This document shows, in pieces, positions 34,320 to 42,497 of a stretch of 55,735 bases of DNA. Source of the DNA: an uncultured bacterium (GTDB taxonomy: Bacteria > Deinococcota > Deinococci > Deinococcales > Trueperaceae). The notes beneath the pieces were generated by a model. It ran no database searches, had not been told where the DNA came from, and was given only the letters and a program-made list of their open reading frames with translations. The translations under genes and the position numbers were made by a program. The stretch is taken from positions 3,058 to 58,792 of the forward strand of contig CAZMFX010000001.1 in assembly GCA_964565625.1 (NCBI GenBank), written 5' to 3'. Position 1 is the stretch's first letter; each line of letters begins with the position of its first letter.

Positions 34320-35357
34320 TCAGCCACCGCGAGTCGACGGGTGCCAGGCCAGCAACCAGCGTTCGAGCAGCTGGAGCGTCCAGTAGAGGACCATCGACAG
34401 CAGGCTCGAGACGAAGATCGCGGCGAAGACGATGTCGAACTGGCCCCGGTGGGCCGAGAGGCTGATGCGTTGCCCCAGGCCCGTCGGCGGGCCCGGTATG
34501 AGGAACTCGGCGACGATCACGCTGACGACGGTGAGCACGATGGCCACCTTCAGCGACGTGAAGACGTACGGCAGGGCGTTGGGTAGCCTTAGCGCCAGGA
34601 AGCCCTGGAGCGGCCTGGCGGCGTATGACCTCAGCAACTCGAGCTTGAGCGGCTCGACGGAGACGAGACCCTGCACGGTGTTGAGCACGACGGGGAAGAA
34701 CGTGACTATGACCCCGACCGCTGCCTTCGACTCCCAGTCGACGCCCAGCGCGCGGCCGAGGACCGGAGCCAGCCCGACTATCGGCACGGCGCCGAACGCG
34801 GTGGCAAGCGGCAGGAACCCACGCCGCATGAAGGCGCTGAACGCGATCGCCGTGCCGACGACGAAGCCGAGGACCAGCCCGAGCGCGAACCCGAAGAGCA
34901 CCTCCCTCACGAACGTGAGGTACGCGTCCGCGACGAGGACCCGCCACGAGCGCACGAGGGCCTCGCCTATGCCGACGACCGATGGGAAGATGCCGGGCGG
35001 CACCCTGAATCCGACGACCAGCCCCTCCCACGCGAGCAGCAGCACGAACGGGACGGTCGCGACCGGGGCGTAGCGCTGCATGGCGTCCAGCAGCGCCGCG
35101 CTGTCGTGACCCTCCCCTTCCGGCGTGAGGAGGCTGAGCCGGCTCATCCCGAAGATCGCGGCCGCCAGCCCCGCTCCCAGCGCCAGCCAGTAGCCGGCGC
35201 CAGCGGTCCCGTCCGCCCCGCGCTGCCAGGCGACGGCGAGGAAGGCGAGCGCGACGCCGAAGACGGTGAGAGCCAGCATGCCCAGCGCCCCGCGAGCAGC
35301 GCCGGAGAGCCCAGGGTCGCGGCTGACGACACCGTCGACAGCGCGCTGCGTGGCCAT
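34320..35357 (-). CDS. NitT/TauT-family ABC transporter permease
   Basis: ATG 35357 overlaps the upstream stop (TGATG); an alternative GTG lies at 35399. Polytopic BPD-transporter core (LKLELLRSYAARPLQGFLALRLPNALPY). Confidence 0.85.
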   Translation of the reverse strand: MATQRAVDGVVSRDPGLSGAARGALGMLALTVFGVALAFLAVAWQRGADGTAGAGYWLALGAGLAAAIFGMSRLSLLTPEGEGHDSAALLDAMQRYAPVATVPFVLLLAWEGLVVGFRVPPGIFPSVVGIGEALVRSWRVLVADAYLTFVREVLFGFALGLVLGFVVGTAIAFSAFMRRGFLPLATAFGAVPIVGLAPVLGRALGVDWESKAAVGVIVTFFPVVLNTVQGLVSVEPLKLELLRSYAARPLQGFLALRLPNALPYVFTSLKVAIVLTVVSVIVAEFLIPGPPTGLGQRISLSAHRGQFDIVFAAIFVSSLLSMVLYWTLQLLERWLLAWHPSTRGG

Positions 35358-37324
35358 CAGCGGTCCTCCTGCGATGACGCCAGACCGGTCCGCTGCCACG
35401 GGGCAACCAGGCGCTGCACCAGGCCGACGAGCGACACGAGCCCGATGCCGAGAAGGGCGGAGATGCCGAGGAGTATCCAGACGTCTGCGACGTCCCCGGC
35501 CTGAACCTGGCCGATTATCGCGTAGCCGAGCCCAAGGCGGTTGTTCGACTCGACCTCGGCGACGAGGGCGCCGACCAGCGCGGCGGCCGCGCCCAGCTTG
35601 AGGCTCGTGAACAGGTAAGGGACCGCGGCAGGGAACCTCAGCTTGAGGAAGGACTGCACGGGCGAGGCCGCGTACGCCTTCATCAGGTCGAGCGCAAGAG
35701 GGTCGACCGACCGGAGGCCCGTCACCGTCCCGACAGTTATGGGGAAGAAGGCGATGTATGCGCCAACTATCGCGGCCGGCACGAGGCTCGTCTGCACCGT
35801 GACGCCCAGGTTACCGAGCACCGCGACGAGCACGGGGACGAGCGCGATGACGGGGATCGTCTGCGACGCGATGACCCACGGCAGGAGCGCGCGCTCGAAC
35901 GGCCGGACCCGCACGAAAAGCACCGCGAGCAGCACGCCGATCACGGCCCCGAAGGCCAGGGACACGAGCGTGCCTGCCGCCGTATACAGGGTGGCCCTCA
36001 CGACGTTGCGACTGTCGGAGAACGGGTAAGCGGTGAAGAACGGCACGAGGCGCTCGGCGATCCAGTTCGGGAAGGGGACCGGATGCTGCGGCATGCTCAT
36101 GAAGCAGTCGAACGCGCTCTCCCCGCACCCGGGGCGCGAGTAGTAGGTGTACGAACGCGCCCAGACAGCCTCGCCCGGCTCGGGCGGCTCGGCCAGCGTC
36201 ACGGTGCCGTCAGCGGGGTCGCTTACCAGGTAGTCGGGGTGCTGCCTGACGCTGGCGTTGCGGGCCGGCGGCGCAGCGAACGTTATCGAGTTGCCGTCGC
36301 GGTCGTAGTCCGCGCCCTCCTCCAGCTGTCGACCGTCGACGGTGACGATGCCGCGGTCAGAGGCGAACGTGAAGGTGCTCCTCGTCCCGTCGACGCGCTC
36401 CTCGGGGCGTTCGTCGCCGCCCACGAGCTCCCGATCGCCGACGAAGAGGCGGCGTGCGGGGTCGCGCTCCACGAGCGGGACGTGCTGTAGCCTGAACTGC
36501 CTGTTCGCACCGTCCGACCCGCCTGTCAGCCCCTCGGCAAGGGCGACGTGGGAGGTGGCGACGCGTGGCGCCGTCGCGGTAGGCGTTGCGAGCACGACGG
36601 TGTCGCCGCCCTCCGTCAGGAGCCCGTAGTCGCCGGTGACGAGGCGAACCGCGGCGTTGAAGGGCGGCGCCGCTTCGAAGGTGACCGTGTCATCAGACCG
36701 TTCGAAGCCTTCCCCCTCGAGCACGGGTTCGTCGCCGACGATCGCCGTTGCCGGGATCGCGGAGCCGTCCAACGCTTCGCCAGAGCCGGGAACCGTGAAG
36801 GTGCGCCTGACGCCGTCCGCCCTCTCGACCGCAGCCGCGACACCGGGTCGCAGCAGGTCGTCGCCCAGGTAGATGGGCGAGTCGACGGCAGCTCCGTCCG
36901 TCGCCCGGAACAGGCGGCCGGTCATGCCGATGTCATCGCCTTCTACGGGCTCGAGGGGCGCTCCCAACTCCGCGGCCCGGGATCCCAACGGCTCCCGCAG
37001 TACGGCGTCGCCCCCGTCGATGCTCACCCCGGTGGCCACGACGCGGTCTCCCGTCACCAGGACGGCGCTGCCGCGCGCCAGGCCACTAAGGACCGCGTCG
37101 ACCGCGGGCCCAGAGCCGAGCGGCAACCTCGTTCCCGAGGCGGCAGCGTCTGCCACTGGCAACGCTGCGACGGTCGCGCGCTCCCAGTTGCTCAGGTTCT
37201 CCATGCGCTGCCTGGCGAGCGGCATGCCCAGCAGGAGCGCCACCGGGTACATGAGGGCCAGCAGCACCGCAACGACGCCGATGACGGGCCACGCCATGCG
37301 AAGCCACGCGCGCGCTGGGCTCAC
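35357..37324 (-). CDS. NitT/TauT-family ABC transporter permease with ~410-aa N-terminal extracytoplasmic insert
   Basis: ORF 35357..37750 trimmed to GTG 37324, 2 nt after the ATPase stop; an alternative ATG lies at 37297. One N-terminal TM (AWPVIGVVAVLLALMYPVALLLG), then a ~410-aa soluble region with repeated motifs. C-terminal permease core (LDLMKAYAASPVQSFLKLRFPAAVPY). Confidence 0.8.
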   Translation of the reverse strand: MSPARAWLRMAWPVIGVVAVLLALMYPVALLLGMPLARQRMENLSNWERATVAALPVADAAASGTRLPLGSGPAVDAVLSGLARGSAVLVTGDRVVATGVSIDGGDAVLREPLGSRAAELGAPLEPVEGDDIGMTGRLFRATDGAAVDSPIYLGDDLLRPGVAAAVERADGVRRTFTVPGSGEALDGSAIPATAIVGDEPVLEGEGFERSDDTVTFEAAPPFNAAVRLVTGDYGLLTEGGDTVVLATPTATAPRVATSHVALAEGLTGGSDGANRQFRLQHVPLVERDPARRLFVGDRELVGGDERPEERVDGTRSTFTFASDRGIVTVDGRQLEEGADYDRDGNSITFAAPPARNASVRQHPDYLVSDPADGTVTLAEPPEPGEAVWARSYTYYSRPGCGESAFDCFMSMPQHPVPFPNWIAERLVPFFTAYPFSDSRNVVRATLYTAAGTLVSLAFGAVIGVLLAVLFVRVRPFERALLPWVIASQTIPVIALVPVLVAVLGNLGVTVQTSLVPAAIVGAYIAFFPITVGTVTGLRSVDPLALDLMKAYAASPVQSFLKLRFPAAVPYLFTSLKLGAAAALVGALVAEVESNNRLGLGYAIIGQVQAGDVADVWILLGISALLGIGLVSLVGLVQRLVAPWQRTGLASSQEDR

Positions 37325-37326
37325 GG

Positions 37327-38193
37327 TCAGTACCCCGCCGTTCGCTGCAGCGGCGCGTCGGCAGGCGGCGCCTCTCCCCCTCCGTCGTGCGGCGCGCCCC
37401 TTAGCGCCTCGCGCACGCGGGTGGCCAGCTCGAAGAACCGCTCGCTCTCGCGCGTCTCGGCCGTGCGGGGGTAAGGCAGGTCGACATCTATGATCTCGCG
37501 GATGCGGCCGGGCCGCGGCGTCATGACGACTATGCGCGATGAGAGGAAGACAGCCTCGGCTATCGAGTGGGTGACGAAGACGACCGTCTTCTTCGTCTCC
37601 TGCCACAGGCGGAGCAGCTCCATGTTCATCGCCTCGCGCGTTATCTCGTCGAGGGCGCCGAACGGCTCGTCCATCAGCAGGAGCTTGGGGTCGAATGCCA
37701 GCGCCCTGGCTATCGAGACGCGCTGCTGCATGCCGCCGGAGAGCTGCCACGGGTAGGAGCGCTCGAAGCGCTCCAGGTCGACCATCTTCAGGAGCTCACG
37801 TGCGCGCTCCCGCCTGCGCGACTTGGGGAACCCCATTATCTCGAGCGGCAGGGTGACGTTCGCCAGGACGCTGCGCCACTCGTACAGCACCGGCGCCTGG
37901 AAGACGTAACCGTACTCGCGGTCCTCGCGCGCCTGCCTGGGCGTCTTGCCGGCCACCTCGATCTCGCCAGTCGTCGGCTCGACGAGGTCGGCAACCAGAC
38001 GCATCAGCGTGGTCTTGCCGCATCCGGACGGTCCGATGAGGCTCACGAAGTCGCCGTCCGCGACGTCCAGGTTCGCACCCTGGAGCGCCACGGCCTCTCC
38101 CTTGCCGACGCGGAAGACCATGTCGACGTCCCTGACGGAGATTATCGGCCCGCTGTCCGGCCGACGGTCTCCTCTCGCCCGGCTCTCAGCCAC
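37327..38193 (-). CDS. NitT/TauT-family ABC transporter ATP-binding protein
   Basis: 288 aa. Walker A GPSGCGKTT, signature LSGGMQQRV, Walker B LLMDEPF. The start overlaps the dihydropyrimidinase stop by 8 nt. Confidence 0.9.
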   Translation of the reverse strand: MAESRARGDRRPDSGPIISVRDVDMVFRVGKGEAVALQGANLDVADGDFVSLIGPSGCGKTTLMRLVADLVEPTTGEIEVAGKTPRQAREDREYGYVFQAPVLYEWRSVLANVTLPLEIMGFPKSRRRERARELLKMVDLERFERSYPWQLSGGMQQRVSIARALAFDPKLLLMDEPFGALDEITREAMNMELLRLWQETKKTVVFVTHSIAEAVFLSSRIVVMTPRPGRIREIIDVDLPYPRTAETRESERFFELATRVREALRGAPHDGGGEAPPADAPLQRTAGY

Positions 38194-39565
38194 GGAGCGG
38201 TTCGCGTCTTATGAGACGACCGCGACCCGGTTCCCCCACGAACTCGCCGTCCCTGACGGCTACCTGTCCCCTCACCGTCACGACGCTCGGCTTCCCGTCT
38301 ATCTCCATGCCCTCGAAGGCGCTGTAGTCGACGTTCATCTTGTGAGTGGCAGCGCTTATCTTCCCCCGGTAGCTCGGGTCGTACACGACGAGGTCGGCGT
38401 CCGCCCCGACGGAGATGGAGCCCTTGCGCGGGTAGAGCCCGAAGAGCTTCGCCGAGTTCGTCGAGGCGACCTCGACGAAGCGCTCGAGGCTCAGGTCGCC
38501 GCGGCTCACGCCGTGCGTGTACAGCAGGTTCACGCGGTCCTCGATGGCCGGCATGCCGTTGGGTATGCCGGTGAACGCCTCCCTGCCCATGGCCTTCTGC
38601 TCGACGTCGAAGGGAGCGTGGTCGGTCCCGACGGTGTCGATGAGGCCGCGGTTCAGCCCCTGCCACAGCGCCCGCTGGTCGTCCTTCGTGCGCAGCGGGG
38701 GGCTCATGACGTACTTGGCGCCTTCGAAGTTCGGCCGCTCGGCGTAAGACTTGTCGAGGATCAGATGCGGGATCACGGCCTCGATGCTCAGGTCGACGCC
38801 CCTCAGCTTCGCCTCGACGGCCTCGCGCAGCGCCTTGGCGTTGGAGAGGTGGACGACGTAGCCCTTGGCGCCCGTGATCTCGAGGAAGGTCGCGAACTTC
38901 GCGGTGCCTGCGGCCTCGACGACGTCCGGCCTGCTCGGCTCGTGCCACTCGGGGCCGGTCTTTCCCTCGGCCAGCAGGGACTGCTGCATCGCGGCTATCA
39001 GCCCGGAGTTCTCGCAGTGCGCCGTCACGATGACGCCGAGTTCCTTGGCGAGCCTCAGCGTCGAGTAGAGTTCCTCGTCCGTGACGCCGAAGAAGCCCTC
39101 GTAAGCGAGGAAGACCTTGAAAGACGTCATGCCGTCTGACACCAGGTCCCTCAGCACCGCCTCTGTCTCGTCGTCGAAGCGCGTGACGCCTATGTGGAAG
39201 GTGTAGTCGGATGCAGAGTTGCCTTCCGCCAGGCCGCGCCAGTGCTCGTAGCCCTTGCGCAGGTCCTCGTTGCGGCTGGGAGCGAGCATCTCGATGTACG
39301 TAGTCGTGCCGCCTACCAGGGCTGCTTGCGAGCCGGTCGCGTGCGTGTCCTTCGTTACCGTGCCCATGAACGGCAGATGGATGTGCACGTGCGGGTCGAT
39401 GAACCCCGGGAAGACGTACTTGCCGGAGGCGTCTATCACCTCCGCGCCCGGCGGGGCGCTCAGGTCGGTGCCGAGGGCGGTTATCACCTCGTCCTCGCAG
39501 TAGACGTCCGCCTTGACCCGGCCGCCCGCCGTGACGACCTCTCCGTTCTTTATCAGTAGGCTCAT
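38186..39565 (-). CDS. Dihydropyrimidinase / D-hydantoinase
   Basis: 459 aa. MSLLIKNGEVVT..PGFIDPHVHIHLPFMGT (HxH metal site), SFKVFLAY (carbamylated Lys context), VTAHCEN, GTDHAPF. Confidence 0.9.
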   Translation of the reverse strand: MSLLIKNGEVVTAGGRVKADVYCEDEVITALGTDLSAPPGAEVIDASGKYVFPGFIDPHVHIHLPFMGTVTKDTHATGSQAALVGGTTTYIEMLAPSRNEDLRKGYEHWRGLAEGNSASDYTFHIGVTRFDDETEAVLRDLVSDGMTSFKVFLAYEGFFGVTDEELYSTLRLAKELGVIVTAHCENSGLIAAMQQSLLAEGKTGPEWHEPSRPDVVEAAGTAKFATFLEITGAKGYVVHLSNAKALREAVEAKLRGVDLSIEAVIPHLILDKSYAERPNFEGAKYVMSPPLRTKDDQRALWQGLNRGLIDTVGTDHAPFDVEQKAMGREAFTGIPNGMPAIEDRVNLLYTHGVSRGDLSLERFVEVASTNSAKLFGLYPRKGSISVGADADLVVYDPSYRGKISAATHKMNVDYSAFEGMEIDGKPSVVTVRGQVAVRDGEFVGEPGRGRLIRREPLRG

Positions 39566-39631
39566 GCTGGCTTCAAACCCCTCCAGAGTGCTCTCCTCGC
39601 CTCGGGTCCCTGCCCGGGCGAGCCTTCTAGT

Positions 39632-41023
39632 TCAGTGGATGTCTATGCCCATCTCGGCGCGGTACGCGTTCATCGCGTCCCAGTCGGTGGTGACCTCGGG
39701 TCGCGTGCGCACCAGTTCGTTCCAGGTGACGCTGGGCCGTTCGGGCGGCACCTCGACCATCGTTATGCAGTCCTCCACCGGGCACACGAGGCTGCACAGG
39801 TCGCAGCCGACGCAATCCTCCTCGCGCACCTTCGGTTGCGGCCTGGCGCCCTGCGGCCCGACGCCCGCGTTGAGGCTCGCCCTGACGTCAGCGATGGCGG
39901 CGGGGTCTATGCGAGCGCCGTCGACCGTGAGGTCTATGCACTGGTGGGCCCCCTCGTCGCATGCGACGTAGCAGAGGTTGCACTGGATGCACTTGTCCTC
40001 GTCTATGCGCGCGACGGTCTTGAAGGACAGGTCGAAGTCGCCGAAGTCCGAGACGCGGTGGGTGGAGGCGCCGATCACCTCTCTGACGCTGCAGATGTTC
40101 TTGGAGTCCAGCCAGTTGGAGAGCCCGTCTGTCAGCTCCTCGATGAGGCGGAAGCCGTAGTGCATGACGGCCGTGCACACCTGGATCGAGGTGGCGCCCA
40201 GCAGCAGGAACTCAGCGGCGTCGCGCCACGTCTGCACTCCGCCCATGCCCGAGATGGGCACGCCGGCCGCCTTCACCTCCTGGTCGATAGCCACCTGCGA
40301 GAGCATGTGCAGCGCGATGGGCTTGACCGCGGGCCCGGCGTAGCCGCCGTGGCCTCCCTTGCCGCCGATGTTGGGCCGCAGCTCGAAGTTGTCGAGGTCC
40401 ACGCCGACTATCGAGTTGATCGTGTTGATGAGCGAGATCGCGTTGGCGTTGCCCGCTATGGCCGCGCGCGCCGGCTTGGTGATGTCTGTGACGTTGGGCG
40501 TCAGCTTCACGATCACCGGGATCGAGGCGGCCTCCGTCACCCAGCTCGTGATCAGCGAGCAGTACTCGGGAACCTGGCCCACAGCGGCGCCCATGCCTCG
40601 TTCAGACATGCCGTGCGGGCAGCCGTAGTTGAGCTCTATGGCGTCCGCGCCGGTGTCCTCGATCTGCTGGACGACCTTCTTCCAGGCCTCCGGGTTGGAG
40701 GACACCATGGCGGAGACCACGACGGCGCGGTCCGGCCACAGTTTCTTGACCTCCGCGATCTCCTTGAGGTTCACCTCTATGGGCCTGTCGGAGATCAGCT
40801 CGACGTTGTTTATCGCCACCAGACGGTTGCCGCCGAACTCGAACGCCCCGTAGCGGTTGCTGACGTTGAGGACGGGGTCGCCGATGGTCTTCCACACGGC
40901 TCCGCCCCAGCCGTACTCGAACGCCTTGTTGATCTGGTACGCCGTGTTCGTGGGCGGCGCGGACGCCAGCCAGAACGGGTTGGGTGAGCGCACCCCCGCG
41001 AAGTCGATGCTGAGGTCAGCCAC
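39632..41023 (-). CDS. preA: NAD-dependent dihydropyrimidine dehydrogenase subunit PreA (DHOD-like FMN domain + 2x[4Fe-4S])
   Basis: 463 aa. FAGVRSPNPFWLASAPPTN, NYGCPHGM, and C-terminal ferredoxin motifs CIQCNLCYVACDEGAHQC and CVGCDLCSLVCPVEDC. Confidence 0.9.
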   Translation of the reverse strand: MADLSIDFAGVRSPNPFWLASAPPTNTAYQINKAFEYGWGGAVWKTIGDPVLNVSNRYGAFEFGGNRLVAINNVELISDRPIEVNLKEIAEVKKLWPDRAVVVSAMVSSNPEAWKKVVQQIEDTGADAIELNYGCPHGMSERGMGAAVGQVPEYCSLITSWVTEAASIPVIVKLTPNVTDITKPARAAIAGNANAISLINTINSIVGVDLDNFELRPNIGGKGGHGGYAGPAVKPIALHMLSQVAIDQEVKAAGVPISGMGGVQTWRDAAEFLLLGATSIQVCTAVMHYGFRLIEELTDGLSNWLDSKNICSVREVIGASTHRVSDFGDFDLSFKTVARIDEDKCIQCNLCYVACDEGAHQCIDLTVDGARIDPAAIADVRASLNAGVGPQGARPQPKVREEDCVGCDLCSLVCPVEDCITMVEVPPERPSVTWNELVRTRPEVTTDWDAMNAYRAEMGIDIH

Positions 41024-42497
41024 TTACCCCTCCGAGAGGTCCTGGTTCGTTGACGGGAGGCTGCGTGAGGATGGGCCGGCCGTTGGGGACGCCCAGCGGC
41101 GGCTGCGGAACCTCTACCCCCAGCTGCCTTGCGACGGCCCCCGCGGCGATCTTGCCGTCCTGCGCCGCGGTGACGGTCAGGGCGTGACCCGTGACCCTGG
41201 TGCAGTCGCCCGCCGCGAAGACCTTGGGGTTGGAGGTGCGCAGGTCGGCGTCCGACTGTACGTAGCCGTGGGTGACGTCGACCCCGAACTGAGCGAAGAG
41301 CCCAACCAGCTTCTCCTGGCCGATGGCGAGGATCACCTGGTCGGCCGGCAGCACGAACTCGCTGCCGGGGACGGGCTCCGGCCGGCGCCTGCCGCTGTCG
41401 TCGGGCTCGCCCAGCGCCATGCGGACGCACCGCAAGCCCACGACCCTGCCGTCATCGCCCAGCACCTCGACCGGCTGGGTCAGCAGCCGGATGTCAACGC
41501 CCTCGTTGCGCACGAACGCGACCTCGAAGTCGTATGCGGGCATCTCGTCACGCCCGCGGCGGTAGACCATGCTCACGCGCTCGGCGCCGAGGCGCCTCGC
41601 GATCGTGGCCGCATCGATGGCCGTGTTCCCCGCGCCCACGACGATCACCTCGCGGCCCACCTTCACGTCGTAGAGGTGCGCCAGCCCCTCCTTCTCCGCC
41701 ATCTTGGTGGCGGCGATGAAGTCGAGCGCGTCGGTCACGCCGGTCAGGTCCTCGCCAGGCACGCCGAGGGACGGGACCTTGCCCGTGCCGGCGGCTATGA
41801 CGACCGCGTCGTAATCGGCGATGAGGCGCTGCGGATCGAGGTCCTTGCCTACCTCGACGCCCGTGTGGATCTTCACGCCGAGGCGCTCGACGAACTCGAC
41901 CTCTTCGAGGGCCACGGCGACCGGCTCGCGCATCACGACGATGCCGTAGGTCGAGAGGCCGCCGGGCAACTCGTTCTTCTCGAACACGTGGGCCTCTACG
42001 CCCAGCTTGGCCAGCTCGCCGGCGCATGAGAGGCCCGCCGGTCCGCCTCCCACGACGGCCACGCGCTTCCCGGTGGGCGGAGCGGGCTGGAACGGCATGT
42101 GGCCGGCCTCGAAGAGGTGGTCGGTCGCGTAGCGCTGCAGGCGACCGATGGCGATCGGCCGGTGCTCGTCGCCCAGCACGCAGGCGCCGACGCACAGCTC
42201 GTCAACGGGGCACACCCGGCCGCAACTGTGGCCCATCAGGTTCGACTCGAGGATCGTCGTGGCGGCGCCGAGCACGTTGCCCGTCGCGATCTTGCGGATG
42301 AACGTCGGGACGTCGATGTCGGTCGGGCACGCCTTTATGCAAGGCGCGTCGAAGCAGTAAAGGCACCTGCTCGCCTCGACCAGGGCCTCGTTCTCCGTGT
42401 AGCGAGGGTAGGTCTCGGTGAAGGCGTCCTGGAGCTGCTCCAGGGAGAGCGGTGAAGCGTCCATGCTCAGAACGTCCGGCTCCACTGCTTGGGCCAA
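41016..42497 (-). CDS. preT: Dihydropyrimidine dehydrogenase subunit PreT (GltD-like NAD(P)-dependent oxidoreductase)
   Basis: 493 aa. CLYCFDAPCIKACPTDIDV, VAVVGGGPAGLSCA, VIVVGAGNTAID. The TTG start at 42497 overlaps mmsA by 31 nt; an alternative ATG lies at 42464. Confidence 0.9.
   Translation of the reverse strand: MAQAVEPDVLSMDASPLSLEQLQDAFTETYPRYTENEALVEASRCLYCFDAPCIKACPTDIDVPTFIRKIATGNVLGAATTILESNLMGHSCGRVCPVDELCVGACVLGDEHRPIAIGRLQRYATDHLFEAGHMPFQPAPPTGKRVAVVGGGPAGLSCAGELAKLGVEAHVFEKNELPGGLSTYGIVVMREPVAVALEEVEFVERLGVKIHTGVEVGKDLDPQRLIADYDAVVIAAGTGKVPSLGVPGEDLTGVTDALDFIAATKMAEKEGLAHLYDVKVGREVIVVGAGNTAIDAATIARRLGAERVSMVYRRGRDEMPAYDFEVAFVRNEGVDIRLLTQPVEVLGDDGRVVGLRCVRMALGEPDDSGRRRPEPVPGSEFVLPADQVILAIGQEKLVGLFAQFGVDVTHGYVQSDADLRTSNPKVFAAGDCTRVTGHALTVTAAQDGKIAAGAVARQLGVEVPQPPLGVPNGRPILTQPPVNEPGPLGGVSG

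Noticed and set aside
37325-37750. A 5' extension of the large permease ORF (track 35357..37750) that would overlap the ABC ATPase gene by more than 400 nt.
   Set aside because: The extension translates to Arg/Ala-rich junk (MAALRRHAAARLDSQGAGIRPQ...). GTG 37324 or ATG 37297, right after the ATPase stop, gives a sensible N-terminal TM helix and matches the operon's translational coupling.
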